Source of the DNA: Eledone cirrhosa
Lineage: Eukaryota
Assembly: GCA_964016885.1 (NCBI GenBank)
Contig: OZ024741.1
Coordinates: 293,260,001-293,324,000, forward strand
Reading direction: 5' to 3'
Length of the DNA stretch: 64,000 bases
Part shown: positions 25,972 through 42,297 of the stretch, piece by piece
Position numbering within the stretch: position 1 is the first letter of the stretch
Layout: each line of letters begins with the position of its first letter
Translations under genes and position numbers: made by a program
The notes under the pieces: generated by a model
Database searches by the model: none
What the model was told of the DNA's origin: nothing
What the model saw: only the letters and a program-made list of their open reading frames with translations

Positions 25972-26809
25972 TTTATAAATCCCGTTATAAACCCCGTTAT
26001 AAACCCTGAATTAATGTGATGTAGTTTGCTTTTTAACTTTCCCACATTGATGAATTGCTAGTTATATGCTATGAACTATTCAATTGAATAAATCTCCCCA
26101 ACTACAATTTTATAAATATTCTATCACTGTTAGAAATCATTTTTTGTATTAATTTATCTAATCAACTCTATCTATTATTTCACTTGATATTAACAATATT
26201 AAAATTATTCATTTGTCATCAGAGTGTAAAAAAACAGTTTCATTAAGCCTATTGATATCAAACAATCTAAAGCTATCCCTGATTCTCTAATACAAAACTT
26301 CTTGTTTTAGAATGTTTATAATTATTTGCCAGGGGTTGCAAATGGTGGATAGTATCAGCAATGAAATGCCAATGGAAACCTTGTTTCCATGGTCCAATTT
26401 TATGAGTTCCACCTCACTAGGTTAGCAAATGAGGTCTGAGATCTTGTCAATTGAACTCTATGCTATAATTATCCAGAAAATTTTATGTAAGAATCTTTCT
26501 TTAGTTATGTTCTAAACAGCAGGTTAATGAAAAATTTCATTATATTACCAAGTCTCCCAATTTTTGAATATTTTCTAAATTAATTTAAAATCCATTGGCA
26601 GTGTGTTCCAATAAAAATATTGTAATGAAAGGACTATCCCATTTATGTTTCTACATTAAAGAAGTTGGTTCTATATTTATTAGATACAAAAATATTAATA
26701 ATGTTATTTAGAATTCAGAATAAAAGAATGGATAGGAAATATATAAATCTCAGCCAATATAGAAACTTTCATAGAGATTGGTAATTTTGTCTTTCTAACA
26801 TAAAAATGA

Positions 26810-27345
26810 CCTAATGGTTAAGGTACTTATAATATTGTCGGTTCGATTCCTGGACAGGCTTATGCGTTGTGCTCTTGAGTAAAATACTTTATTTCATGTT
26901 GATCCAGTATACTCAGCTGAGATTGAGTACCAGGAGTTAAACCTGTGATAAACCAGCACCCTGTCCAGGGAAAGTTTTGTACTCTCACTCAGTGCCAAAT
27001 AAACTGGAGATAAGCATTGGCCTGATGAGCCTTCAGCTTAGAACCAAGTTTAACTAACTAACTAATCATTTCCAAGTCATTGGTTCTGAAACATATTTTG
27101 TCACAGAACCCTTTTATGATTTTAACAATATTCATGATTATAACCTAATTCTAATTTGAATAAAAGTTGAAGTGTAAAATCTGCCTTGAGCTCAGAGGCT
27201 CATCAAGCCAATGCGTATCCCAGTTTCTGTGGTGTGAAGTGACTGAGAGTACAAAACTCAATCCATCGTATATTTAACCTCCCAGCTATTGCTGGTATTC
27301 ATTTTCAGCTGAATATAACATAAAATGAAGTGGTTTGATCAAGGA
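26810..27345. mobile_element. Two degenerate CORE-like SINEs in opposite orientation (26810-27050 +, 27183-27345 -)
   Basis: ggttcgattcc B-box, actcagctg..gagtaccag, tail cctgatgagcc; further copies at 35040-35310 (-), 37960-38190 (-) and 48040-48310 (+). Confidence 0.65.
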
Positions 27346-27379
27346 AAAAAAATAATTTAAATTGACGAAATTAAATTTG

Positions 27380-27880
27380 TTGTATGATGACAATGATAGT
27401 TATAATGACAGGAATAGTTATGTTGATGGTGATGATGATTATCATCATTTAATATTTATGAGGGTGATCGCAACAGTTATTATGATGAGCATGTTGTTGT
27501 TGATGATGATCATAATGATAATGTTGATGATCAATGATGATAATACTATTAATAGAATTGTTATCATGATGATGATGATGATGATGGTAATATTCATTAT
27601 GGTGACCATGATTATAATGTTGTTTCTCTTCCTATTGTTGTTGTTGATCATGATATTAATGATGATGGTGGTGATGATCTCTTATTTCTCATTTTTTATT
27701 CACAATTCTTGATGTTCATATTTTTTTACTTATGTAATGCACAGCTTTGTTGATTTTAACAATTTATGCAAGTTGCAACCACTGTTTATTATTATTATTG
27801 TAATTATTATTATTATTATTATTGTTATCATTATAATTATTATCATTATTATTACCATTATTATTAGTAGTAGTATTATT
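27380..27880. repeat. Degenerate (GAT)n and (ATT)n low-complexity region
   Basis: Visible trinucleotide periodicity. Confidence 0.85.
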
Positions 27881-28217
27881 ATTTCCACATAGACACAGGG
27901 TCAGACAATTGGTTGTGGGTGAGGTTAACATTTCAAGCAAAAAACTGATCTGTAACCATAAGGTATCTCAACCAATGGTCTAAAGATTGTTTTAATACAA
28001 ACACATGCATTGGTAGAATTTTTAGAAGGTTGAAAACGAAATTCCTTGGAGGATTTGTACCTAATTTTATGTTCTCCATTTAAATCCTGCCAATGTTGAG
28101 TTTGCCTTTCATGATTTGGGGGTCAATAAATTAAACAGCCTCTCAGGTACTGGAGTTCATTTGTTAACTAACAACTTCACCTAAAACATCTGGCCTTGTG
28201 ACTATGTTCGAAATTAA

Positions 28218-28263
<46 letters not shown>

Positions 28264-28384
28264 TTTGTGGGTTTTTTTCTTTAGTAGTTAATTGGTTAAT
28301 TTCAATCCCAAACATTAGTCTGGAGTCGACCTAACCACGCCCGGTGCACACACTTTTCACATAATTATTTCTTTCTTAATAACC

Positions 28385-28413
28385 ATAATATATATATATA
28401 TGCATATATAAAT

Positions 28414-28470
<57 letters not shown>

Positions 28471-28508
28471 TTTATATATACATATATGCATATATATATT
28501 TATATATA

Positions 28509-28564
<56 letters not shown>

Positions 28565-28569
28565 ATGTT

Positions 28570-28615
<46 letters not shown>

Positions 28616-29025
28616 CAATGTTTATATATATATATATACATATATATATGGATTTATGTATATATATATATATTTCTGCATGTTTTGCTTTTTCGACTTG
28701 ACTATTTTTTATATCTTTTAAAACATATTTTCACTTTTTTCTAATATTGGTGTTCTAGTTTATTTTTAAAAACCTCAATAGTCACTGCACACTATTAATG
28801 CATTTAAAGTCATGAATATGTATATATGTATATATGTATGTATATGTGTATATGTATATATATGTGTATATACGTATTTATAAAGTATATATAGATATAT
28901 AAAGTATATATAGATATGTATATATGTATATATATGTGTATATACATATATATAATGTATATATATGTATATATATATATATACACACATATTTGTGTGT
29001 ATATATATATATATATATATACACA
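28385..29025. repeat. (TA)n/(TATG)n microsatellite field
   Basis: Direct reading. Confidence 0.95.
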
Positions 29026-29854
29026 CATTCTTACCTTAACTTACATTTCTGCATCTCCATTCATTTTATTTTAAATCACATTCATGTTTATTTCATTTTT
29101 TTTCCACAAATTTTGCTTCTTATCTAATTCTAATGATAATTGTTATTGTTAATTAAATAACTACTTGATTAACTAGCAATTACTTAACCTTTACCATATG
29201 CTATTTTTTTCTCACCCCTTGTAGCACTTTTCATTTATCATTTAATGTAGTTGTCAATTGTATAATAAAGTCTTAAGCTCAGAGCATAAATATTTCAGTT
29301 TGGTCAACTTCACTTACTCTTCTAATGCTCTCTAAAATCCACGATATCATAATAATGTTCATAATAATGTTTTCTCTGTCAAATGTATGGAATATATTTA
29401 GAATTTTGCAAATTATAATGCAGTCATATTTCTAAATCATACTCATATATATCGATAATAGTCATATCTTTACATCAATAATATCTATAAACTATAGTCA
29501 TATTATTAAATCACAGTCATATCTTTAAACTATATACATGTCTAAAAACCTTAGTCATATTTATAAATCATAGTCATATCTTTAGAAATTGATATCAATC
29601 ATAATTATATGCATATAAACTTCTGATATAAATAAATCACACACACACACACACACACATACACACATATTGATAAATAGATACAACAAATCAGTGTGAA
29701 TGTGTAAAATAATCATCCAGATGTGTGATAGTTCTATTTCAAATTACGCAGTAACTTGCACTTAATGTAAGCTCAAAAAGAAGTAAAATGCACACTCTCT
29801 CTCACACACATCTGTATATAAGGATGTATATACAATATGTGCATGGAAATACAT

Positions 29855-31333
<1,479 letters not shown>

Positions 31334-31708
31334 GATATATATGTATATATATGTAAGTTGTGTATATACATATATATATATATTTATGTATGTGTATATA
31401 TATATATATATATATGTGCGTTTATATAATAAATATGTATATTGGTGTATGCATATATATATCTATGTTTATATATGTGTGTGTGTGTATATATACATAT
31501 ATATATTTATGTATGTATATATATATATATATATATATATTTATGTATATATGTAATAATAATAATAATAAAAGTGAAATATGCTCTCTATTCAAATTTT
31601 GGTTGTGTGCACTCGCCAGTCCCAAGCCTGGAAAGTGGGAGGGGGTCCTCCAGACACGGTGTATTCAACTTTCATGTTTAAAAGGTATATTGGATTATAT
31701 ATAGATAG

Positions 31709-32125
31709 ATATTAAAATATAAATATTAATAAAATAGATGTTCTTTTGATCAATTAAATTTTATTATACATATTTCGGAGGTACAACAGTACGTCCTCAT
31801 CAGACAAAAATATAATGATACATGACACACCCCAAGATATTAAATGGTTAAGATTTAATCAAGGTAATCGACTACCTTGATTAAATCTTAACCATTTACA
31901 TCTCAGGGTGTGTCATGTATCATTCTATTTTGTCTGATGAGGACGTACTGTTGTACCTCCGAAATATGTATAATAAAATTTAATTGATCAAAAGAACATC
32001 TATTTTATTAATATTTGTATTTTAATATTAATAACTCTGGAAAATTATTTTTCTGTAGAGTGCTTCCAATCTACTGTAAAACTCATTCTTTGATATACTC
32101 ATTGAATATTGTTTAACTCTTTAAT
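31709..32125. mobile_element. Spacerless palindromic fold-back element (centre tcga 31868-31871), tail 32029-32125
   Basis: Arms 31709-31869 / 31870-32028 are near-perfect. Confidence 0.88.
31927..31979 (+). ncRNA. Canonical-core minimal hammerhead ribozyme (mirror copy ~31760-31812, -)
   Basis: attttgt CTGATGA gga c gtac tgtt gtac c tcc GAAA tatgta TA ataaaat. Confidence 0.8.
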
Positions 32126-32692
32126 ATATATATATATATCTGTGTGTGTGTGTATGTTTATACATATATATGTTTATTTATTGATATACACATATATGTT
32201 TATATATATATATATATATATATAAATACATACATACACACATGTGTATGATAGAAATATTGTTTTATTTTCTTTTTTTGTTGTAGTGTTTTATGTCACA
32301 GGTATTGCAGAAACAACTTAAATTTTTCGGTGGATGTGATTAATGAGTGTTAAAACTCTATGAATAGATATAAGATTCTATGTTCAAATCAAGCCTAAAG
32401 GTATATAACATTATATACAGGGCAACAGAAAAACAATTGGAGATAGATGTGATCACATAATAGTGTAGTCCGAAAAATTTAAGTTGTCAAATCAGAAACA
32501 TATGAACAAATTATAAGGTTTGTTGTGGTTATGAATGTCTTTCTTTAAGTGACTTGGTTTTTTACCGTATGTTGAAACTGAAACAAATGTGTCATAGAAG
32601 AGTTGTTTTAGCCATTTAATCCTTTAGCATTTACATTACTCTACATTTACTACTATATTTTCATGGTAAACTCTTTACCTCACATTATATCG

Positions 32693-32877
32693 TGGATTGG
32701 CAGTATCAGTAGAGGGTCGGTAGCCATGCTTTCCAGCACAGTTACGTCCCTTTACGGCCTGAGTTCAAATCCCACCAAGGTTAACTTTGCCTTTCATCCT
32801 TACGTGGTCGATAAAATAAAGTACCAGTAATACACTGGGATAAGTGCTGGCCTTATGCCAAAAAGTAGAAACAATTA
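32693..32877 (+). mobile_element. SINE family A
   Basis: TSD attatatcg at 32684-32692 / 32874-32882. Confidence 0.92.
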
Positions 32878-35800
32878 TATCGAATCTATGAGATTTTGAT
32901 ATTATTTATTTTGAGAACAATACCTCAACATCAGTATGAGTGGCCAGTTTAAAGAAACACACACAAAATCTGTAATTTTCACTTTTCTTTTTATGTATAT
33001 ACTTGAATATAAGCAAAATATTGATGGTAGAAGGTGGGGTTGGTTTACATTTGGGGTCAATATTTTGATGATTTTTACCAACTTCAAATTCTACGTAAAT
33101 AAGGTTTGGATTTTTGCCCATTTCTCAGACATAACATAGTGGGGTTGGTTTATATTTGTATTGGCTTCGATTTGAGAATATACAGTAGTTATTTCATGGT
33201 GTCAGAATTGTAATGGAATTGTGTCACTAACTAGGTCACAGTGTGTGGAAGACCACAAAAGAAAAATGTACACAGTACACTTTGTCAAGAACTTGGCACT
33301 AGGAAAAAGAATTCAGCCATAGAATTTGTGCCAAAAATGGTAGTGTACTCATCTGTCCTGTCGAAGACAATCCCTCCTGTCAAAGTATCCTAATAAAATA
33401 CACCCAATACACTGTAAAGAGGATGTCATTAGAAAGGGCATTCAATCATAAAAAAAATTAACGAATTTGTTGGAATACTTGTTTTGTATGTAATGACCCA
33501 TTCAGAACCTTCCAGCATGGTAAAACAGACATAAAATGAAGATAATGATGAAAGAAATATAAGTGAAAAGTGAATATATCTGCTTTTGTGTGTTTTTGAA
33601 TGACTAAAATGACTCTTCAGTAATATAATTGTTGACTTTATGGAAAACAATATTTTTTTTTTTTAAATTAAAAAATTATATATAACAGTTCATTATACCT
33701 TAGAGAATTTCTTGAAATAAATTGTTCAATTCATGAATTCAAACATTGATGGGAAATATTTCATTGAAGTCTTTTTTTTTTTTTTCTGTTCCAGTTGCAG
33801 CCGTTTCAGTGTGTGTGTGTGTGTTTGTGTTTATATGTATCTTGGCACTTTGTATTATTCTTGTTTTTGACTTAATTAAACACACAACAACCACACCTTC
33901 CATTATAGAACCACTACAAATTAGATGATGGTTGGGAATATAGGTGCAGGCATAGCTGTATAGTTAAAAAGTTTTCTTTGTAATCATACCGTTTTTAGTT
34001 CATTCCTTTGTGCAGCACCTTGAGCAACTGTCCACCAGCATAGCCTCAGATTGACTAATGCCTCAGTAGGAAGAATCTGTAGAAGGCTTGTGCCTGTGTT
34101 CATCTCCTATAACAACAGTTTAATAAAAGGAGATCAATAAAATGAGTACCAGACTTGAAAAAATAATTACTGGGTTTGATATGATTGACTCAATTAAAGT
34201 ATTGCCCCAATGCATTTACTAAAACCATTAAAAGTATAAAAGAATATCTTATTTCATCAAGCTGTGTTCTGATTGGTCCATTTATCTAACTTTCATGGGG
34301 GTATCGAGCCTATTTTGTAAAATATTTCAAAGTTATAAATTGGTAGAGTTGTTGGAACATTGGATTAAATGCCTTGTGATGTTGTTCTAGATGTCTATTC
34401 CCTGAGTTCAAATCCTGCTGAGGTCAACTATGCCTTTTATCCATATCTTCATTTGTAACCTTCTCATGCAATAGAATGATGTGTAAAGTAAATCTATATA
34501 AAAAGCTTTAGGTAGTTATGAAAACCACATATGAGCTGCTTTGTAGTATCTGTTCTGGTTCAGTGCTTTAAGTTCAAATCCTACACCCTGTCCAACTCTC
34601 ACTTGGGCAGTGTGTAGAGGTATGTCTAGAACCAACATAGTTACTGAAGGTTCATCCTGCAGCAGATCAAAACCAGCTAGGTCGTGGAAAAATTCAAAAT
34701 AAATATTATTTCCGAGTAAAAAAATGATTCAAAATAATACTGTAGAATTGTATTTAATTTTATTCAAATTACATCCAAACGTTTATGTAATTGTGAGTCA
34801 AATTTATAATTACGTTTGTTATATAATTAAAAATATTTAACTTTTTTTTCTGTATTTTTATTTATATTTTATTTTTCATATTGTATTATTATTGATGCTG
34901 AACATTGTGTCTTTGGAATCTCTTGCACTACAAAGCCAGCAATTATACTTTGTTAACACTTTATTATATTATATTTGATTTTTTTTTTTTTTTTCCAAAT
35001 TGTTTTTATGAGTTACTAAAAATAAAAGTTTAAACCTTTCTCGAGGCTTGAGGCTCATCAGGCCAGGACTTATCTTGACTTCATTTGGTGTTAAGAAACT
35101 GAGAGTATAATCCTCCCTACTAGTTCATTGGAAAGTTACCTCTATCTACAAGTTATTAGTGGTGGTGCTCTTTTTTCAGATGTGTGAGTGGGCTGGAGCA
35201 ATGTGAAACCTGGGCCTTGCTGAAAGATACAATATGCCAGCCAGTTTGGAAATCAAATCCATGACCCTACACTGATGAGTCCAACTACCTAACCACTTGG
35301 TCACATACCTAATTACAAACTTTGTTTATTTATTTGGTTTTTACATTCTAACCTCAAATAATGGTGTAGTGGAATGGATGGATTTATTGTTAACTTAGCG
35401 GAAAAGGGAGCACAATTGAGCTGAGAGATAGACAGGACATTAAGGACAATATTTGAATGATGGATAAAAGCCAATTGTGCAGTTAGGCCTTTCTGAAGAC
35501 ATGACAACATCCTTAGTGTTGGTGCCACAATAAATTTCGCCTAGTACTTTCTCATAACCCTTTTGAAACCAACCAAGCCTTGTGGGTGATATTGGATTGA
35601 TAGAAGCTGTGAAAACCCTATCTTAAGGATTATACATGTAATTCAAAGGTTCATTCTTATTATACATTGTGTCATGCTGATTCTAATTGAGAATTACATT
35701 ACGGGTACAAGTGTGAGTAATACATGTTATCTGAATGAGTAAGACATTCAGTTTATTGAACAACCAAATGATCATCATCAAAATCAATGGAGGATTCATC

Positions 35801-36153
35801 ATTTAAGTATCAGGACTGATATGGTGTATCATAGTGCATTTTTATAATGAATAAACATTTTAAAATCATTTTCAATTAAAATCTTAGGAAGAAAACAAAT
35901 TCCAAAATTAAAAGATAAAAAAAGCTCTTTTTTTCATTTCTACTATATTTTGTTTGCTCTTTCTATATACCTGATAATTTTATTTATTTCATTTTTCCAA
36001 TTTACATCTACTTTTTTCTATAATGTCATGGTGGGATTGCTGGTTTTCTTGGAAATTTGCATATTGTTGGAGCAATTCTTTTATTGGTTTCAATCCTTTG
36101 GCTGTGGTCATGCTGGGGCACTGAATTCCAAGATCTAGTCAGCTATATGGACA

Positions 36154-36240
36154 TTTTCATCCTTACGGGGTCGATAAAATAAAGTACCAGTAATACACTG
36201 GGATAATTGCTAGCCTTGTGCCAAAAAGTAGAAACAATTA
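36154..36240 (+). mobile_element. SINE family A 3' half
   Basis: ttcatccttacggggtcgataaaataaagtaccag...gtagaaacaatta. Confidence 0.85.
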
Positions 36241-36558
36241 TTTACTTTGAAAGGGTTAAAAATAATATCTTCTATTATGATTTCATTCATATTTAAGATG
36301 CAGTATAGAATATTAAATTGACCCAATTACTTCACCAGTATGTTATTTCATGTGAAGGCTTGTGACTTAGTGGTTAGGTTGTATGACTTACAATCATAAG
36401 GTCATGAGTTTGATTCCAAGACCAAGTAGTGTTTTGAGTCCTCGAGTAAGGTACTTCAGTTCAAATTGCAGATCACTGTAAAATTTGAGATTAGCCTTCA
36501 TTAAATAGACCACAGTTGAGCCACAGATAATATTTATTAGTAAACAACAACAATAATT

Positions 36559-36619
<61 letters not shown>

Positions 36620-36662
36620 CGGCAGTAGCTGTAGTAGTAGCACCAGCAGCAACGTCAGCAGC
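36559..36662. repeat. (GTA)n then (GCA)n microsatellite
   Basis: Direct reading. Confidence 0.95.
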
Positions 36663-36763
36663 AAGATCTGAAGTCATGACCAGCCTGAGACTATGACTAA
36701 AGACAATAATTACCCAAGATGCTATGTAGGGCCATATTTAGACCTGGAGTAGTGAATAGTTCT

Positions 36764-36928
36764 GTGAAATGTAGGACCCACAATGGAAATAGGCCCAGCC
36801 CAGATGTAAAATGTAGGAACCCCAAGAATGGTAATAAGTCCAGCCCACATGTGAAACGTAGGACCCCAGGGATAGTAATAGGTCCAGTCCAGAGGTGAAA
36901 TGTAGGAGCCCATGGATAGTAATAGGTG
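36764..36928 (+). repeat. ~43-bp minisatellite, about 4 units
   Basis: gtgaaatgtaggacc...gtaataggtccagcccagat repeated. Confidence 0.85.
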
Positions 36929-37163
36929 CATTGCATAACAGTCATAAAGGGATCATGGTAACACAAGCTGGATAACCAGAGACAAAAATAAAATTGGAGA
37001 TATTTGATTCAGGGGCAGCTTACATCCAGTCATTTGGTCAATCTAAATAATTGGACATAGACTGCCCCTGAATCTAATATCTCCAATCTTATTTTTTATT
37101 TTTATCTTCAGGTACCCAGCTTATGACACCGTGATTCCTTTATGAATGTTATGCAATGTACCT
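36923..37163. repeat. Imperfect long inverted repeat (MITE-like)
   Basis: aggtgcattgcataacagtcataaagggatca..ttggagatatttgattcaggggcag mirrors ctgcccctgaatctaatatctccaa..tgattcctttatgaatgttatgcaatgtacct. Confidence 0.75.
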
Positions 37164-37433
37164 GATGATATTGCTGGAATTCTACTGGCCATTGAAATAT
37201 ATATATATCGTGTCTGCAGAAATAAATACTTTACAGCAATTTCAACTTTCTGGCCTCTACTCACTTTATTCAATTATATATATATATATACATCAGTGTT
37301 TATGTATATATATGTGTATGTATATATATGTGTATGTATATACATGTGTTTATTTGAAGGTGTGTATGTAGATCTATATCCCAACTCATTCACTCTTTCT
37401 TAGAGGATTAAAGCTATTTTAATTTTAGTTTTA

Positions 37434-37480
<47 letters not shown>

Positions 37481-40152
37481 CAACAACAATAATATTGATA
37501 TGTAAAAGCTTGTTGCAAATTGGGAAAGGGATGGTCACAATCATAATCTTAGAATCAGCTTCTTCCATTTAATTGACAGTATTATCAGACTTGAGATTAG
37601 TTGCAAGATTTATATATATATATATATACTCTTCATATTTATACAGATATAACTTTATCATTATTTGTAAGATGTTTAATGATTATGTAGCCACTTTTAG
37701 AGTTCAGTGCAGTCACTGGATGTTACCTATTTACATACCATCTTCTTCTGTCAGCTAAGGTGAGCACAGCGATGTTTTCACTAACATCGTAACAATTTTT
37801 TTCTAGTGTTTTTAATGTCGTATTCATGGTCCTTTTCAAGGCAGTCTCTGAGATTGATGAGAGACAGAGTGAGGGAGATAGGTGTCCTTAAACCAGAGAT
37901 CTGGCCGTAATGCTTTCAAAAATCTCTGCTAACAGCATCCACCAGCCAAGTCTAAAGTTTGTCTCGAGCCTAGAGGTTCATCAGGCTGGTGATTATCCTA
38001 GTTTCTGTGGTGTTAAGTGACTGAGATTACAAGACTTCCCCTGGACAGGACACCAGTCCATTGCAGAGCTATTGCTGGTATTCATTTTCAGCTGAGTATA
38101 CTGGAGAAACGTGAAGTGAAGTGTTTTGCTCAAGAACACAATGCACAACCCAGTCCATTATCGTTGTACATCCAACAACCTTACCACTAAACTAAGTGGT
38201 GGTGTTAAACTAAGTGACATAAAGTCGACCACCAATGTAGGTGATGGGAGTAGTGATGATTGTGATGATGATGGTAATAATGATGATGATGAGGATGATA
38301 AGGTTGTTAATGATGGCGGGGGTGAAAGCAATGAAAATAATGACGAGAAGGATGTTAAGGCACACCAAAGAATCTGTTTATTGTATATTAAGGTTCTCAT
38401 TTGGTCATAGCTGACACTGAATTTGAGGCTGGAAAGTTCTTCTCTAAGATGCAAGCCTATGAGTATTGTTGCAGAAGACCAGCAGTCACCCATGTAATCA
38501 CATCTCTTCATTCCCCTCCATCAATGTTGTCCAAGAGAAAAGACAAAGGTCAACACAGCTTGGAAGCAGTGATGTTGCAACTCATTTTTTCCAGCTCTGT
38601 GAACTGGAGGAACATGAAATAAAGTGTTTTGCTCAAGCAAACAATATGCTGTTTCATTTTGGAATCAAACTCATCACCTAATGAACATAGGTGCAATGCA
38701 CTAACCACTACATATACTTTCGAGAGTAATAATATGTAAGGGACATATTCAAACAAAATGGTGCCATCATAGTGAAAATTAAAATCAAAGAAAAATGATT
38801 TGAAAGGAAAGAAAAATAACAAAATTGCATAATCCCCCACCTCCAATTGCTAAAAAAAAATTAATAGATAAATAAACAAATCAAACCCTAAACCATATTC
38901 CATGTCATAAACGAGATTACTGTCAAATTTAACAGATTAATTCCTCTTGTCTTCAAAATCAAAAGTAGTATTAATAATAGTTGTTGTTTCAGTTGTTCTT
39001 GTTGTTGTTTCACCCTTAAGACTGTTTTAATCCGATTGCTATGCTGGAATATTTACATGGTATGCGTAAATCAGTTCCATCTTAGTTATAAGAATTTGTA
39101 GCTAATAAGCAATGGCATAGTTTTGGCTTTGAGTCTTATACGGAGAGGAATAAACTAACGAAAAACAATAATAAATAAAGTTGAATTGCTGTTATACATT
39201 TCTGTGGTAATGGTATTATTTACAACTGTTTCTATTATTTTTAGCTCTGTTTCAAATGTTTTAATTCAATTTTCACATGGTATAACGATTAGCAAATGAA
39301 TTATGATAATAATAATAAAAATAAATAGTTATAACGATTGTTGTTGATGTTTTGTAGTTGTTGTTATTTACATCTAGATCAACCTTGATTAAACACACAT
39401 GTAATTGAAAACATTCTAACCATGACTAAATGTGTTCTTTCCTTATTAAAAATTGTACAGTGTGATTCGAGGCGATATTTAACTACACTTTCTAGCAGAT
39501 CAGTGACTACTGTAAGCAAAACTGCACAAATTGTCTGGAAATTGAAGTAATTGATTAAATAAATCCAGTAATTAACTGATATACTGAATAATAACTGAAA
39601 GATGAAAGGCACCAGGGTCGGATTTGAACGTAGTATTTATAATTTAAGAAAATACTCTTCTTTATATGCAAATAAATTCATGTTTTATATTATCAGCATT
39701 AAATTAAAAGTTGGATGACATATATATATAAAATAAAAATATCAAACAATTACAGGGGATAATTTGTAAAGAGTGTAAACACATAATTACAGAGGTAATA
39801 TATTAAAAATTAACAAGAACCTTGAATATAGATACCTTGCAATAATGATTAACCTCCTTTGTATATATTCCATTGAAGAAATATATTTCACCATTAATCG
39901 GTGAATCATAGATGTCAAATCTTGGGTCATCGGCAAAGGAGAAGATTTAACTATGTATGATTACACACTAGAAGCAAATCAGGGAATAATGCCGAAAAGC
40001 ACATGTGGTTTTTTAAAAAAATACATCGCCCTGCTCTCAAGCCAGTGGTGTGCTTTATATTATCTATATTTTTATGGCACTGTCAGAGAAGGGAAGATCT
40101 CCACAATCTAAGACAACTGGCGGAAAACCAAGAAGAAATTACAACTTATATA

Positions 40153-40339
40153 CAGGACCAGATTTACACTTTGGAGGGCCTGGAGCAGCTCTGGTTTGGT
40201 GGGCCCCTCATATAGAAACACATACACACATAAACAGGAGGAGAGAGAAGGAGCTTCGTTTGGAGGGGGGGGGGGGCTCTGTTTAATGAGGGGGTGCCCA
40301 GAGTATTCCTCCCACCGCCCCCTGATAAATCCAGCTCTG
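40153..40339. mobile_element. hAT-type MITE
   Basis: TIRs caggaccagattta / taaatccagctctg; 8-bp TSD cttatata at 40145-40152 / 40340-40347. Confidence 0.8.
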
Positions 40340-40426
40340 CTTATATATATTATATATTTAGTGTATGTAATTATTTCTATAACTATGGTTATATGCCCTT
40401 ATCTTGAAATTTAGACACAGAGATGA

Positions 40427-40860
40427 TCAATAGATTTTGAACCAAAAGACATGATAGAGCTGTTTGTTGATATGTAACACCCCCAGAACTCTGTTTGTAT
40501 GATGTCTTGCATTAGCAAGAATATGATGTTGTATGCTTTGAGAATGATGTAATATTTTCTTTAGGGCTGTGTTTAAGAGATCACATGTTTCCCTGCATGT
40601 CTCATTACCATGCAACGTCATGCTATGTACATAAGCATTGCACAATTTCCCTTTTGCTTGGAAAGAGAATCCCTTTTTCTGCTTTTATTTTGATTTAAGC
40701 TACTACGATTCCAGAACATGCTATTGTATTGTTAATTAAATCAACCAGGTAACAGAAGCTATCAGCATTGGAAATATTTTATTTTACTGCTGCAGTGATT
40801 GCTGACAATTCCTGTGCATCGACCATATGCAAAGTCTACTTTTTCTGTTTGCTTAGTAAC
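40427..40860 (-). pseudogene. Highly decayed RTE LINE fragment
   Basis: ORF 40427-40645 reads NAYVHSMTLHGNETC, resembling YDACVRSAMLHGSETW. Confidence 0.6.
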
Positions 40861-41633
40861 AATCCTACTACACTGTTTTGCAGTCAACATACCAAATAGA
40901 ATTCAGGCCTACTCGTTTTCTACATATTGAGCACAGTCCATTCCCTGGTGGAAATAAGGTCTTGTTTTCTTTCTTGCTTTCTAAAAACTTTAGTTTTTGC
41001 TAAGTTTTCTCTAAGTCCTTTTTGATTCTAGATTTTTATTTCCCTGTCTGGAAATCCATCTCTAGATATTCCACATATTCAGCTACAAGAAGCAGGTCAT
41101 AAGCATTACAGGAGTTGCTACTATATCAAGCATGTGACTGTTCATCATCACTGGCTGCTGCATAATGTATGTATCTATCCATCTATGACAGTTCTTCTGT
41201 TAAAGTATGATATCAGAATTTCACTATCAGACATATAACAGTAACCTTTACTACAGTATGGTACTATGGTGCTATGGAAGTTAATGTTAGATCAATCAGT
41301 CAATCAATAAAGTTAAGTGTAACATGTATTTGTATGTGGTGTGGATGCTCAGGGTCCAGGCATGTTTTTTTCTCTGTATATGTATCATGGAAGTATGTAT
41401 GTATGCATACATGTGTGCATGTATGGAAATATGTATGCATGCATATGTGTATGTGTCTGCATGCGCAAAAGGCAAATAGAAATAACAAAGCAAAGGACAC
41501 AATAAAAAAAAGAAAGAAAATATAAGTTTTATACTTATATATATGTGTGTGTGTATTGTGTTTGCATGCATGCATAAATGTATGTGTAATCATTTTTGTT
41601 CATGTGCTTTATATACATCTGTGTATGTATATA

Positions 41634-41701
<68 letters not shown>

Positions 41702-42036
41702 GTTCAGTGATTCTTGAAGGACATGAGTCAGTGATTCTTGTGTTCAATGAGTGGATGCAGTGAGGTGTGTGTGGGGGGTGGGGGTAAACAATATTTCACG
41801 CTCCAATAATCCCTAACCACATTCTCACAGCACTCTAATACTGTTCTATCAATCAATCTGCCTTCAACTATTAATCTATACTTCATACACATAAACACAC
41901 ACATACAAATACAAATGTACATAAACAGACATACATGCAGATATATATATATACACATATATGTTTATATGAATATATATATATATACATATATATGTTT
42001 ATATGAATATATATATGTTTATATATATATATATAT

Positions 42037-42112
<76 letters not shown>

Positions 42113-42116
<4 letters not shown>

Positions 42117-42297
42117 TTAGGAAAATTCTGTAATGAATGTTGACCCACAATATTTGCATATGTATCGGTATGTCTCTTGGCTGAAAAGGAGGTCATATAA
42201 CTGTCCATGCATTAATAAATTGCTCCGAAGAATCCAAACCCGGTTTGGAGGAAACAGCTGTAAGCACAATAATGTTTTGAACAGTTCTTTGATTCTT

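Noticed and set aside
36764-36928. Regularly spaced repeats resembling a CRISPR array (also 49305-50405)
   Set aside because: Whole units are homologous with no unique spacers; eukaryotic context and no cas genes
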